A stretch of 64,000 bases of DNA from an uncultured Spirochaetaceae bacterium (GCA_964488255.1 CAZAUR010000009.1:81581-145580), one strand, 5' to 3'. Positions 1 through 9,932 are shown, counted from the first letter of the stretch. The notes: generated by a model from the letters alone, not told the origin. Made by a program: numbers and translations.

Positions 1-252
1 CGGAGAAGGCACCTCGCCCTCCTCGTCTTCGAGCTCCTCTTCTCTCCTGGAGGGCTCGGGTCGCGTCGCGCGCGGACCGGACGGCGGACGTGCGGCTTCC
101 TCCGCGGCCTTGGCGGCGCGGGACTTCTCCGCGTCCCGTGGACCGGTCTCGCCGAGATCGATCGCGTAGAGCACCTGGAGCGCGACCTCGCGGCCCGCGT
201 GGCGCGCGCCGCTCGCGTCGTCCGGATTCACGGTTCCGACTTCTTCACTCAC
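1..252 (-). CDS. nusB: Transcription antitermination factor NusB, N-terminal part (gene runs off the left edge)
   Basis: My translation of the minus strand from GTG at 252 gives VSEEVGTVNPDDASGARHAGREVALQVLYAIDLGE..., containing the AREVALQVLY-type NusB N-terminal motif. GTGA start/stop overlap with ribH and the canonical ribH-nusB order support the call. Not in the supplied ORF track because it is edge-truncated. Confidence 0.6.
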   Translation of the reverse strand, partial: MSEEVGTVNPDDASGARHAGREVALQVLYAIDLGETGPRDAEKSRAAKAAEEAARPPSGPRATRPEPSRREEELEDEEGEVPSP

Positions 253-731
253 GCCGTCGTCCCCGCGCCGGAAACCCCGGCGAGCAAGCGGGCCTGCTCC
301 ACCGCCGCGAGGGCAACCTCGCCGCCCTTGTTGCCGTCGCTGCCCCCGGCCCGCGCGAGCGCTTGGTCGATCGTGTCCGTCGTGAGGACCCCGAAGCCGA
401 CGGGCACGTCGCTGCGCTGCATCAGGTCGCGCAGGCCGTCCGTCACTCCCTCACAGACGTAGTCGAAGTGCGGCGTGCCGCCGCGGATGACGGAGCCGAG
501 GGTGACGATGGCGTCGTAGCGGCCAGACTCGGCGAGGCGGCGCGCGGCCTGCGGAATCTCGAAGGCGCCGGCGACCCAGTGGAGCTGGAAATCTTCGTCC
601 CGCGCGCCGTGCTCGAGGAGCGCCTCGCGGGCGCCCTCGATCAGCCGAACCGAGATGAGATGGTTGAAGCGCGAGACGACGAGGGCGATGGAGAGCCCGG
701 TCGCGTCGAGCGACGGCGTGATGCTCTTCAT
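249..731 (-). CDS. ribH: 6,7-dimethyl-8-ribityllumazine synthase
   Basis: 160-aa ORF. IALVVSRFN, WVAGAFEIP and GSVIRGGTPHFDYV are lumazine synthase signatures. ATGA overlap with ribD. Confidence 0.93.
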   Translation of the reverse strand: MKSITPSLDATGLSIALVVSRFNHLISVRLIEGAREALLEHGARDEDFQLHWVAGAFEIPQAARRLAESGRYDAIVTLGSVIRGGTPHFDYVCEGVTDGLRDLMQRSDVPVGFGVLTTDTIDQALARAGGSDGNKGGEVALAAVEQARLLAGVSGAGTTA

Positions 732-1918
732 TTCCGTTTCCTCCCCCGCCCGCGTCCTGCGGACGAACCCGCGGCGTCGGCGAGCAACGCGTGTACGTGG
801 ATATCGTCACCGCGCCGCCGTACGTGCGTCGCCTCGAGTTGCACGGCGTCCTTCAGCCGTCGCAGCGCGAGCGGCCCGAGACCGGCCCGACCGTCGCCCC
901 CGATCAACTTCGGCGCGAGCATCCAGTGTACCTCGTCGACGAGGCCCGCTCGCAGGAGCGCGGCAGAGAGTCCGCCCCCGCCCTCGACGAGGATCGTCGT
1001 CAGCCCTTCCTTCGCGAGGGACTTCAGCGCCTGAGCGAGATCGACGTGCCCGGTGCCGCTCCGACGCACCGGCAGCACGCGACCGACCGCCTCGCGCACC
1101 GCGGCGAGTCCCCGCGCGCGTTCGGCGCAGACGACCCACGTCGATGCCGCCTCGGCGTCCGACAGGAGCCGCGCGTTTGCTGGCACGCGCAAGCGACCAT
1201 CGAGCAGGACCCGGATCGGCGTCCGAACGACTCTTCCGTCCCGGCGCACGTCGAGTCGCGGATCGTCGGCGAGCGCGGTCTCGGATCCGACCATCACCGC
1301 GTCGGCGGCGTCCCGCAGGCGGTGGACGAAGGCGCGGCTCTCGTCCCCGGTGATCCACCGCGACTCGCCGCTCGCGGTGGCGATCCGGCCGTCGAGGGTC
1401 GTCGCGAGCTTGAGCGTGACCCACGGCCGACCCCGCTCGACGGCAGACAGGAATCCGCGGTGCTGGTAGCGACACTCGGCTTCGAGTACGCCGCTCGTGA
1501 CCTCGACCCCTCTGCTTCGCAGCTTTCGGTAGCCCCGGCCGGCGACCTTCGAATGGGGATCCCGGCAGCCGGCGACGACCCGAGCGAGCCCGGCCCGGGC
1601 GATCGCGTCTGCGCAGGGGCCGGTGCGACCCGTGAAGCTGCAGGGCTCGAGGGTCGTGGCCAGGGCAGCGCCGCGCAGCGCGCGCGCGCCGTGTCGACGA
1701 CGGACCGACTCCATCGCGACGATCTCCGCGTGCGCGCCCCCCGGCGGTCGCGTCGTGCCGCGTCCGAGGATGCGATCGCCCCGGAAGACGACCGCGCCCA
1801 CACTCGGGTTCGGATGCACGCGACCGTCCCCGCGCCGCGCCGCCGCGAGCGCCGCGCGCATCATGCGCGTGTCGATCGAGGAGGCCTCGTCGCTCCGCGT
1901 CCGTCGGGCCGGGCTCAT
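728..1918 (-). CDS. ribD: Bifunctional riboflavin biosynthesis protein RibD (pyrimidine deaminase / uracil reductase)
   Basis: Deaminase zinc motifs HAEIVAM and TLEPCSFTGRTGPC, followed by a reductase domain. Start moved to ATG 1918, which forms an ATGA overlap with the nrdR stop. Confidence 0.9.
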   Translation of the reverse strand: MSPARRTRSDEASSIDTRMMRAALAAARRGDGRVHPNPSVGAVVFRGDRILGRGTTRPPGGAHAEIVAMESVRRRHGARALRGAALATTLEPCSFTGRTGPCADAIARAGLARVVAGCRDPHSKVAGRGYRKLRSRGVEVTSGVLEAECRYQHRGFLSAVERGRPWVTLKLATTLDGRIATASGESRWITGDESRAFVHRLRDAADAVMVGSETALADDPRLDVRRDGRVVRTPIRVLLDGRLRVPANARLLSDAEAASTWVVCAERARGLAAVREAVGRVLPVRRSGTGHVDLAQALKSLAKEGLTTILVEGGGGLSAALLRAGLVDEVHWMLAPKLIGGDGRAGLGPLALRRLKDAVQLEATHVRRRGDDIHVHALLADAAGSSAGRGRGRKRK

Positions 1919-2460
1919 CGCCCCGCTCGGAGGGAGCACACCTCGGCGCCCCCGGCATCGCCCGGGCCGCCGTCCCCGCCTTCGTCGCCGCCCTTGTCAC
2001 CGCCCTTGCCGTCCGCCTCGATCGCGTCGAAGAACGCCTCGTAGTCGCGCGGACTACTGAAGTTGCGGAAGACGGAGGCGAAGCGAACCGCGGCGAGCAC
2101 GTCGATGTCCCGGAGCTCGTCGAGGACGCGGCGCCCGATCAGATCGCTCGTGACCTCGCGCTCACCGGATTCCTGGAGCGCGCGTTCGACGCGGTCGACG
2201 AGGCGCTCGACAGCCTCGGTCGAGACGGGACGCTTCACGCACGCGTGCTCGATGCCACGCAACAGCTTGTGGCGGTCGTATTCCTCACGCCGCTCGTCGT
2301 GTTTGATCACGCGCGGCAGGATCTCCTCGACGCGCTCGCGCGTCGTGAAGCGTCGGCCGCACTCGTCGCATTCGCGGCGGCGGCGGATCTCCGACCCGTC
2401 GCGAGCGAGGCGCGAGTCGATGACCCGGTTGCCGTCGTCCGAGCAGAAGGGGCACTGCAC
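1915..2460 (-). CDS. nrdR: Transcriptional repressor NrdR
   Basis: MQCPFCSDDGNRVIDSR...RRRECDECGRRFTTRE zinc ribbon plus ATP-cone. The C-terminal Gly/Asp-rich tail is longer than usual. Confidence 0.92.
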   Translation of the reverse strand: MQCPFCSDDGNRVIDSRLARDGSEIRRRRECDECGRRFTTRERVEEILPRVIKHDERREEYDRHKLLRGIEHACVKRPVSTEAVERLVDRVERALQESGEREVTSDLIGRRVLDELRDIDVLAAVRFASVFRNFSSPRDYEAFFDAIEADGKGGDKGGDEGGDGGPGDAGGAEVCSLRAGR

Positions 2461-2476
2461 GGGCTTACCCTTCCCC

Positions 2477-3748
2477 TCAGTCCGTCTCGTTCCAGCGCGC
2501 CGGATAGAGCGGGAACTCGCGGCAGAGATCCGCGACCTCGTCGCGCACCGTCGCGAGGAGCTCGGCGTTCTCGTGGTCGTTCAGGACGCGCGCCAGGAAG
2601 TCGCCGATCTGCGCCATCTCGCCCTCGCGCATACCGCGGGTCGTGACCGCCGGCGTGCCGACCCGGACGCCGGAGGTGACCGCGGGCTTGCGCGGGTCGA
2701 AGGGGATCATGTTCTTGTTCGCGGTGATGCCCGCCTGGTCGAGGGAGATCTGGGCGGCCTTGCCCGTCACTTCGCGACCGACCAGGGAGAGCAGGAAGAG
2801 ATGGTTGTCCGTCCCGCCGGACACGACCTTGAAGTCCTTGCTCAGCACCGAATCCGACAGCGCCTTCGAGTTGGCCACGATCTGCTCGCAGTAGGCACGG
2901 AAGTCCGGCGCGAGCGCCTCCTTGAAGGCGACCGCCTTTCCGGCGATCACGTGCATGAGCGGTCCGCCCTGCAGGCCGGGGAAGACGGCGCTGTTCAGCT
3001 TCTTCTTCCACTCTTCGTCGCAGAGGATCAGGCCGCCGCGCGGTCCGCGCAGCGTCTTGTGCGTCGTGGTCGTGACGATGTGCGCCTTGCCGACCGGGCT
3101 CGGGTGGACGCCCGCAGCGACCAGGCCGGCGATGTGTGCGATGTCGGCGAAGAGGACGGCGTCCACCTCGTCGGCGATCGACCGGAAGGCGTCGAAGTCG
3201 ATCGTCCGCGAATAGGCGGTCGCACCGCACTGGATCATCTGCGGGCGATGTTCGAGGGCGAGCTCGCGCAGCTTGTCGTAGTCGATGCGCTCGTCTTCCT
3301 CGGTCACTCCGTAGGGCACGATCGTGAAGTGCTTGCCCGAGAAGTTCACGGGGCTGCCGTGGGTCAGGTGGCCGCCGTGGTCGAGGTTCATCGCGAGGAC
3401 GGTGTCGCCGCGATTCAGGACCGCCTCGTAGACCGCCGCGTTCGCCTGGCTGCCGGAATGCGGCTGGACGTTCGCGTGGTCGGCGCCAAAGAGCTCCTTC
3501 GCACGCGCGATCGCGATCTCCTCGATCTCGTCGACCTCTTCGCAGCCGCCGTAGTAGCGCCGACCGGGGTAGCCCTCGGCGTACTTGTTCGTGAGCACCG
3601 AGCCGACCGCTTCGAGCACGGCATCGGAGACGAAGTTCTCGCTCGCGATCAGCTCGATCGAGAGGCCCTGACGGCGGCCTTCGCGACGCACGAACTTCGC
3701 GACGTCCGGATCGGTCCGATCCAGATGGGGGGTGATGGATTGGGACAT
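2477..3748 (-). CDS. glyA: Serine hydroxymethyltransferase
   Basis: 423-aa ORF with [22 protein letters not shown] and the [17 protein letters not shown]-lysine region. Confidence 0.97.
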   Translation of the reverse strand: MSQSITPHLDRTDPDVAKFVRREGRRQGLSIELIASENFVSDAVLEAVGSVLTNKYAEGYPGRRYYGGCEEVDEIEEIAIARAKELFGADHANVQPHSGSQANAAVYEAVLNRGDTVLAMNLDHGGHLTHGSPVNFSGKHFTIVPYGVTEEDERIDYDKLRELALEHRPQMIQCGATAYSRTIDFDAFRSIADEVDAVLFADIAHIAGLVAAGVHPSPVGKAHIVTTTTHKTLRGPRGGLILCDEEWKKKLNSAVFPGLQGGPLMHVIAGKAVAFKEALAPDFRAYCEQIVANSKALSDSVLSKDFKVVSGGTDNHLFLLSLVGREVTGKAAQISLDQAGITANKNMIPFDPRKPAVTSGVRVGTPAVTTRGMREGEMAQIGDFLARVLNDHENAELLATVRDEVADLCREFPLYPARWNETD

Positions 3749-3761
3749 TGCAGAACCCTTG

Positions 3762-3815
3762 AGTCGTTCCTGTCGGAACGTGTGTCGTTTCGCTCGGAAC
3801 GTGTGTCGTTCCTCG
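3762..3815 (-). promoter_or_regulatory. Tandem 21-bp-spaced palindromic elements in the glyA leader
   Basis: The plus strand carries tcggaacgtgtgtcgtt at 3773-3789 and again at 3794-3810. On the glyA strand these read GGAACGACACACGTTCC (perfect 6-bp arms, 5-nt spacer) and AAACGACACACGTTCC, followed by a further GGAACGAC half-site. They end 14-20 nt before the glyA ATG region. Confidence 0.45.
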
Positions 3816-3967
3816 CACGAGCCGAGCGGTGGGGCAGGACCGTGGCTCGCGATGCGATGGGGCGTCTGGGGGGCGAGGATCCGGCCGGAGAATAGCGGGG
3901 GAGTCGCCCCGGGGCACCGATTCCGCCCATTCCGCGCGCACTTGGCCCGACGACCACCTGCGCCGGG

Positions 3968-5233
3968 CTAGGCCCCCGGGCGCGCCAGGATCAGGCTGCC
4001 GTTCGTGCCGCCGAAGCCGAACGAGTTCGACAGGATCCGGTCCACCCGGGCCGATCGCGCCTTGCCGATGACGTGGTCGAGCTCACAGCCCTCGGCCACG
4101 CGGTCGAGGTTGATCGTGGGCGGAAGCAGCTGGGCGTCGAGCGCCCGGATCGAGAGAATCGCCTCGACGGCGCCGGCCGCCCCGAGCAGATGTCCGGTCG
4201 TGGACTTCGTGGCCGAGACCGGGACCGCGTCGTGCCCGGCCCCGAAGACCATGCGGATCGCCTCCGCCTCGACCGGGTCGCCGGCCGGCGTCGCGGTCGC
4301 GTGCGCGTTCACCGCGTCGACCGCGGTCGGCTCGAGCCCCGCGCTCTCGAGCGCTGCCCGCATGCAGCGGATCGCCCCTCCGCCTTCCGCGTCGGGCGCG
4401 CTCACGTGGAACCCGTCGGACGACGCGCCGTAGCCCTCGACGGTGGCGAGCACCTCGGCGCCCCGGGCGCGCGCGTGCTCCTCCGCCTCGAGGACGAGCA
4501 CGCCGGCGCCCTCCCCCAGCACGAACCCGTCCCGATCCGCGTCGAAGGGACGACTCGCGCGCGCCGCGTCCGGGTTCGGCGACAGGGCACGCATCGAAGC
4601 GAAGCCCGCGATGGAGAGGGGCACGATCGGTGCTTCCGCGCCGCCTGCGAGCGCGACGTCCGCGGCCCCACGCGCGATCGTTTCGGCGGACTCGCCGATC
4701 GCGTGGGTGCTCGTCGCACAGGCGGTCGAGTGCGAGAGGTTCGGGCCACCGAGCCCGTAGTGCACGGCGACCATGCCGCTCGGCATGTTCACGATCGAGT
4801 ACGGAACGACGAAGGGCGAGACGCGCCGTGCGCCCTTCGTCTCGAGGATCTTCTGGTTCGCGAAGAGCGTTTCGACGCCGCCCACCCCGGAACCGATCGC
4901 CACCATCGTGCGATTCCGGTCGGTCGCGTCGAAGTCGAGGCCGGCGTGGCGGACGGCTTCCTGCGCCGCGAGCAGCGCATAACGAAGCACCCGATCCATC
5001 CGACGCGCTTCCTTCGCGGGGACGTCGGAGAGCGGCGGCTCGGCGTCCACCTCACAGGCGATGCCGACCGGCAGATCGCTCGTGTCGAAGCGCGTGATCG
5101 TCGCGGCCGCGGCCTGGCCGGCGATCACCGAGGACCAGGTCGCCTCGACGTTCGCGCCGTTCGGCGTGACGCAGCCGAGACCGGTGACCACGACACGGCG
5201 ACGCGGCCCTTCCGACAGTGTCGGGGCGTTCAT
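3968..5233 (-). CDS. fabF: 3-oxoacyl-ACP synthase II
   Basis: 421-aa ORF with RRVVVTGLG, the active-site ACATS region, HATATPAGD and NSFGFGGTN. Confidence 0.95.
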   Translation of the reverse strand: MNAPTLSEGPRRRVVVTGLGCVTPNGANVEATWSSVIAGQAAAATITRFDTSDLPVGIACEVDAEPPLSDVPAKEARRMDRVLRYALLAAQEAVRHAGLDFDATDRNRTMVAIGSGVGGVETLFANQKILETKGARRVSPFVVPYSIVNMPSGMVAVHYGLGGPNLSHSTACATSTHAIGESAETIARGAADVALAGGAEAPIVPLSIAGFASMRALSPNPDAARASRPFDADRDGFVLGEGAGVLVLEAEEHARARGAEVLATVEGYGASSDGFHVSAPDAEGGGAIRCMRAALESAGLEPTAVDAVNAHATATPAGDPVEAEAIRMVFGAGHDAVPVSATKSTTGHLLGAAGAVEAILSIRALDAQLLPPTINLDRVAEGCELDHVIGKARSARVDRILSNSFGFGGTNGSLILARPGA

Positions 5234-5262
5234 GCGTCGGACTCCGGCGCGCGCGTCGGGGA

Positions 5263-5499
5263 CTACTCCTCGACGCGTTCCTTCAGGTAACCGATCGCGT
5301 CGGAGATGGTCTGCATCTTCTCGGCATCGTCATCGGGGATCTCGATGTCGAAGGTCTCTTCGAGGGTCATCACGAGCTCGACGATGTCGAGACTGTCGGC
5401 GCCGAGATCGTCGATGAAGGAGGCGTTCGCAACGGCTTCTTCCTTCGACACACCCAGCTGTTCGACGATCAGATCGGTGACGCGTGCTTCGAGAGACAT
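5263..5499 (-). CDS. acpP: Acyl carrier protein
   Basis: 78 aa with the [14 protein letters not shown] phosphopantetheine site, located between fabD and fabF. Confidence 0.95.
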   Translation of the reverse strand: MSLEARVTDLIVEQLGVSKEEAVANASFIDDLGADSLDIVELVMTLEETFDIEIPDDDAEKMQTISDAIGYLKERVEE

Positions 5500-5614
5500 G
5501 GTTCGAGGACCTCCAAACGACTTGTCCTGAATGGGTGGAAAAGGCTAGCGCCGTACCCCCCGTACGGCATGCCAAACGGACCTCAGGCGGGGTCCGGAAC
5601 CGACTCCCAGAATC

Positions 5615-6580
5615 CTAGGAAGCGGTTCCCTCAAGGAATTCGCGGACTTCTTCGAGCCCCGCGAGTGAGGAGAAGTTTGCCCTGCGGGCGCGGCGCTCGA
5701 TGCGCGCGATCAGACCCGACAGCACCCGGCCGGGGCCGACTTCGAGGAAGGCATCGACGCCCTCCTCCTTCATTCGAGCGATCATGTCGCTGAAGCGGAC
5801 CGGCGCCGTCACCTGCTCTTCGAGCAGCGAGGGAATCCGCGACGCATCGGCGTTGGGTGCCGCTTCGACGTTCGTGATCACGGGAGGTTTCGCCTCCGAG
5901 AAGACCAGTCTTCCCAGCTCCGGGGCCAGCTTCTGCGCCGCCGGTTCCATCAGCGCGCAGTGGAAGGGCGCGGAAACCGGGAGACCCACGGTCTTCTTGG
6001 CACCGAGTGCCTTCGCCTTCTCGCAAGCAGCCTCGACGCCGGCCGTGTCACCGGCAATCACGGTCTGCTGAGGCGAGTTGTAGTTCGCAGGGGTGACGAC
6101 GAGGCCCGTTGCCTCGGCTGCGGCGGCGCAGGCCTCGGCGACCTGGTCCGGCGCCAGCGCCATGATCGCGGCCATCGCGCCCTTGCCCTCTGCGACCGCC
6201 TCCTGCATGAGGCGACCCCGCAGATTCACCGTCCGGACGGCATCCTCGAAGGGCAGCGCCCCTGCGGCCACGAGCGCGCTGTACTCGCCGAGGCTGTGTC
6301 CCCCGACGAACGCGGCGCCGAGTGGGCCGGTGGCTTCCTCGAGCGCGCGCAGGAGCGCGATGCTCGTCGTCAGGATCGCGGGCTGCTGGATCTCCGTACG
6401 ACGCAGCTCGTCGTCCGGCCCCTCGAAGCACAGCGTCGAGATCTTCTTGCCGAGCACGGGCTCGAGCGTCGCGTCCGCCTCGTCGAAGACGGCGCGCGCG
6501 GCAGGGGACGCGTCATACACGTCCTTGCCCATGCCAACCTCCTGGGAGGCCTGGCCCGGAAAGAGAAGAGCGAGGGTCAT
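5615..6580 (-). CDS. fabD: Malonyl-CoA:ACP transacylase
   Basis: LFPGQASQ and the GHSLGEYSAL active-site serine motif. Confidence 0.93.
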   Translation of the reverse strand: MTLALLFPGQASQEVGMGKDVYDASPAARAVFDEADATLEPVLGKKISTLCFEGPDDELRRTEIQQPAILTTSIALLRALEEATGPLGAAFVGGHSLGEYSALVAAGALPFEDAVRTVNLRGRLMQEAVAEGKGAMAAIMALAPDQVAEACAAAAEATGLVVTPANYNSPQQTVIAGDTAGVEAACEKAKALGAKKTVGLPVSAPFHCALMEPAAQKLAPELGRLVFSEAKPPVITNVEAAPNADASRIPSLLEEQVTAPVRFSDMIARMKEEGVDAFLEVGPGRVLSGLIARIERRARRANFSSLAGLEEVREFLEGTAS

Positions 6581-6589
6581 GGATCGACG

Positions 6590-6772
6590 CTAGTCGTCGT
6601 CGATCTCGATGATCGTGCGGCCCTTGTAGGTGCCGCAGCTCCCACAAACGCGGTGCGGCGCCTTGGGCGCGCCACATTGCGGGCAGGTGCTCGCGGCCGG
6701 CGCCTGCAGCGCGTCATGTGCTCGGCGCTTGTCGCGTCGCGCCTTCGAGGTCTTTCGCTTCGGTACGGCCAT
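6590..6772 (-). CDS. rpmF: 50S ribosomal protein L32
   Basis: [19 protein letters not shown] with CPQCG...CGSCG zinc ribbon. Start trimmed to the in-frame ATG at 6772. Confidence 0.9.
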   Translation of the reverse strand: MAVPKRKTSKARRDKRRAHDALQAPAASTCPQCGAPKAPHRVCGSCGTYKGRTIIEIDDD

Positions 6773-6868
6773 CGGATCCGTTTCTCCATACATGCCGGCC
6801 GTGCCGACAGGTTCGATTCGTTTCTTCGCAGGCCCTCCGGCCCGCGCGCCTTCACTGCTCTCTCTTGC

Positions 6869-7462
6869 CTACTGCTCGTCCTTGGAATCGAGTTCCAACC
6901 GAGCCTTCAGCCCAGCGAGAGCGGAAAAAGGCGATTCGATCTTTTCGTCTTCACAATCACAACCGGCGTCCTGCGCCGCACCGCAATGCGCGCAGAGTCC
7001 CGGACAATCTTCATCACAGAGGGGTTGGATCGGGATTGCGAGCGCGATCACCTCTCCGAAGAAATCGTCGAGGCCGACGACGGCCCCACGGTACGAGCCG
7101 ACCTCGAGATCCTCTCCGAGGCACACCCCGTTCTCCGCGAGGCCCTGCTCCCCTTCGGGATCGGGTGCCGCCCCCTGGTCCAAGGGTTCGAGCACCAGGC
7201 GGTACGGCTCGCGGAGCGCGTGAGGATAGCGCTTGCCGCACCGGCTGCACTCGAGACCGACCTCGCCCGCCAGATCTCCCTCGATCACCACGTCGTCGGA
7301 GACGCGGCTGGCTTCGAGCGCGAAGCGGAAGGGCTGCTCGACCTCGACGTCCATCGGTTCGCCGGTGGGCTCGCGCGCAGCCCACCACCCCGGCGCGACC
7401 TCGAAGTCGAAGCGCTCCTTGCGGCTGGTGAGCCGCTCGACCTGAATGCGGAAGTCGGGCAT
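6869..7462 (-). CDS. yceD: YceD/DUF177 family protein (23S rRNA accumulation protein)
   Basis: The C-terminal 197 codons of the long track ORF start at MPDFRIQ (ATG 7462). Cys clusters CSRCG and CDEDCPGLCAHCG are present, in the classic position upstream of rpmF. Confidence 0.8.
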   Translation of the reverse strand: MPDFRIQVERLTSRKERFDFEVAPGWWAAREPTGEPMDVEVEQPFRFALEASRVSDDVVIEGDLAGEVGLECSRCGKRYPHALREPYRLVLEPLDQGAAPDPEGEQGLAENGVCLGEDLEVGSYRGAVVGLDDFFGEVIALAIPIQPLCDEDCPGLCAHCGAAQDAGCDCEDEKIESPFSALAGLKARLELDSKDEQ

Positions 7463-7633
7463 GGCGGAGGCGCCGGAGGTCCGGCGTGGGGTCTCGAAAT
7501 GGCTGGGAATTCGGGGGTTTGGGCCGTTGGGCCCGGTGCGGGCCGGGGGATAGCAGAGAGGCGGGCCGGGCAGCAAGGGAAGACGCCGAAACGCGGCCGA
7601 GGCAAACGACAGCTGCGATATGCTCCGCGCGCC

Positions 7634-9055
7634 ATGAGCCCCATCCGCACCCGCTTCGCTCCCAGCCCCACGGGGTTCCTGCACATCGGCGGCGCCCGAA
7701 CGGCGCTGTTCAACTGGGCGCTGACCCGCAAACAGGGCGGCGCGTTGGTGCTGCGGATCGAGGACACCGACCTCGAGCGCTCGACCCGCGAGAGCGAGGA
7801 AGCGGTCCTCGACGGCCTGCGCTGGCTCGGCATCGAGTGGGACGAGGGGCCGCTTCGCCAGACGGACAACGCCGACCGCCACAAGGCCGTCGTCGAGCAG
7901 CTGCTCGAAGAGGGCAAGGCCTATCGCTGCGTGTGCACGAAGGAAGAGCTCGAAGCGCGACGCGACGCGGACATCGCGGCCGGCGGCAAGGGCATCTACG
8001 ACGGGCGCTGCCGCGAGGCCGGCCATGGCGCGGACTGCGGCACGCACACGGTCCGGTTGCGCATCGATCCCGAGGCCTCGCTCCGCTGGGACGATCTCGT
8101 CTTCGGCCCGAGCGGACAGGACGCGTCGGAGATCGGCGACGGCATCATCCGCCGCAGCGACGGCACGCCGCTCTATCACCTGGCCGTCGTGACCGACGAC
8201 CTCGACATGCAGATCACCCACGTGATCCGCGGCGCCGACCACCACAGCAACACGCCCTTCCAGCTCGCGCTCTACCGCGCGCTCGGCGCGGAGCCGCCGA
8301 CCTTCGGGCACGTGCCGCTGATCGTGGCCGAAAGCGGACGCAAGCTCTCGAAGCGAAAGGATCCGGTCTCGATCCAGCAGTTCCAGGCCGACGGCTTCCT
8401 GCCCGAGGCGATGGTCAACTGGCTGGTGCGGCTCGGTTGGAGTCACGGCGACCAGGAGATCTTCTCCCGCGACGAGATCGCCGAGCTCTTCGGCCTCGAC
8501 CACGTCGGCCGCGCCGGCGCGCAGGCGGACCTCGCGAAGCTCGAGTGGCTGAACCAGCACTACATCAAGGAGGCGCCGGCGGACGCGCTCTTCGAAGGGG
8601 TGAAGCCCTTCCTCGATGCGGTCGCCGGTCAGCCTGTCGAGCGCGACGCGAACCTCGACCGCACCCTCGACCTGCTCCGGGAGCGCAGCAGCACCCTCGC
8701 CGAGATGGCGGAGAAGGCGCGCTTCGTGTTGTGCGACGAGATCGAGATCGACGCCGCGGCAGCGAAGAAGCACCTGCGGCCGGTGGCGCTCGAGCCCCTG
8801 GAAGCGTTGATCCCGGCGCTCGAGGCCCTCGATGACTGGAGCGAGGCGAGCCTCGAGCCGGCCTTCGAATCGACCTGCGAAGCGCTCGGTGGCCTGAAGC
8901 TCGGGAAGCTGGCGCAGCCGGTCCGCGTGTCCGTGACCGGGACCGGCGCTTCACCCGGGATCTACGAGACCCTCGAAGTCGTCGGGCAGGCGCGGACGAT
9001 CGCGCGACTGCGCGCCGGCGTCGACGTGATCAAGGCACGAGTGGCGGAAAGTTAG
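7634..9055 (+). CDS. gltX: Glutamyl-tRNA synthetase
   Basis: MSPIRTRFAPSPTGFLHIGGARTALFNW (HIGH motif) and KLSKRK (KMSKS). Start at ATG 7634 inside a much longer spurious ORF. Confidence 0.95.
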   Translation: MSPIRTRFAPSPTGFLHIGGARTALFNWALTRKQGGALVLRIEDTDLERSTRESEEAVLDGLRWLGIEWDEGPLRQTDNADRHKAVVEQLLEEGKAYRCVCTKEELEARRDADIAAGGKGIYDGRCREAGHGADCGTHTVRLRIDPEASLRWDDLVFGPSGQDASEIGDGIIRRSDGTPLYHLAVVTDDLDMQITHVIRGADHHSNTPFQLALYRALGAEPPTFGHVPLIVAESGRKLSKRKDPVSIQQFQADGFLPEAMVNWLVRLGWSHGDQEIFSRDEIAELFGLDHVGRAGAQADLAKLEWLNQHYIKEAPADALFEGVKPFLDAVAGQPVERDANLDRTLDLLRERSSTLAEMAEKARFVLCDEIEIDAAAAKKHLRPVALEPLEALIPALEALDDWSEASLEPAFESTCEALGGLKLGKLAQPVRVSVTGTGASPGIYETLEVVGQARTIARLRAGVDVIKARVAES

Positions 9056-9059
9056 GCTG

Positions 9060-9932
9060 CTACAGAACGTGCAGCAGCCACATCCGCGGCAGGAAGAGGA
9101 TCGCGACGGTCCCGACCGCGATCGCCGGGGCGAAGCCGAAGGGTCGTCCGAGCGCGCCGCGCGAGAGCGCCTGCGCGCCGCCCAGCACGAGGCCGACGAG
9201 CGACGACGCGAGGATCGTGTCGAGCACGCCGAGCGGGCCGACGACGGCGCCGATCATGCCTAGCAGCTTCACGTCGCCGAGTCCGAGTCCAGGGAACCAG
9301 AGCCAGTAGTCCGCTTCGCCCGGCTTGGGCAAGTCCTCGCCCTCCCCCGGCCAGTGCTCGAAGGTCCGCCCCATCGCGACGGAGAAGCGCGCGTGAAGAA
9401 AGGCGACGAGCCAGAGCACGCCGGCGCCGATCGCCGCGCCCGTGCCGGCACGTACCAGCGCTTCGACGAAGGAGCCGCCGCACCAGGCGGTCACGCCGGG
9501 AACGACCACCAGGGCGACCGCCAATCCGCCCAGGGAGATCGAGTCCGGGATGATCTGATGATCGTGGTCGATCATCGCCGCCGCCACGAGGGCCGCCGCG
9601 AAGAGGCAGTAGACCGTCGTCCAGACCGTCGGTCCGAATCGCCAGGCGATCGCCGCGAAGAGGAGTCCGGTCACGGCCTCGACCGCCGGGTACCGCAGCG
9701 AGATCGACGTGCTGCAGGAGCGACAACGACCGCGGAGGAAGAGATAGGAGAGCACCGGGATGTTGTCCCAGGGCTTGATCTGCGTGTCGCACCCGGGACA
9801 GTGCGAGGGCGGACTCACGATCGACTGTCCGAGCGGCACGCGGTGGATCACCACGTTGAGGAACGATCCCACCAGCAGGCCGAAGAGGAGCGCGATCGGC
9901 AGCAGCGCCCCCGGCGCGATCTCGATCGTCAT
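9060..9932 (-). CDS. pilD: Prepilin peptidase / N-methyltransferase (A24 family)
   Basis: LLVGSFLNVVIHRVP, CPGCD...CRSC zinc motif, multi-TM body and GDVKLLG catalytic region. Start at ATG 9932 (MTIEIAPG). Confidence 0.88.
   Translation of the reverse strand: MTIEIAPGALLPIALLFGLLVGSFLNVVIHRVPLGQSIVSPPSHCPGCDTQIKPWDNIPVLSYLFLRGRCRSCSTSISLRYPAVEAVTGLLFAAIAWRFGPTVWTTVYCLFAAALVAAAMIDHDHQIIPDSISLGGLAVALVVVPGVTAWCGGSFVEALVRAGTGAAIGAGVLWLVAFLHARFSVAMGRTFEHWPGEGEDLPKPGEADYWLWFPGLGLGDVKLLGMIGAVVGPLGVLDTILASSLVGLVLGGAQALSRGALGRPFGFAPAIAVGTVAILFLPRMWLLHVL

Noticed and set aside
3816-3967. Possible ZTP (pfl) or other folate-related riboswitch in the distal glyA leader.
   Set aside because: I could not find the conserved ACUGGCG / CCGCCUGGGC-type elements on the glyA strand. 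Only vague GC-rich similarity was seen. A covariance-model scan would be needed to overturn this.
5960-7633. N-terminal 558 codons of the 1031-aa ORF that ends as gltX, which could be read as a giant fusion protein.
   Set aside because: This part overlaps fabD, rpmF and yceD on the opposite strand. GltX begins with its normal MSPIRTRFAPSPTGFLHIGG N-terminus at ATG 7634.
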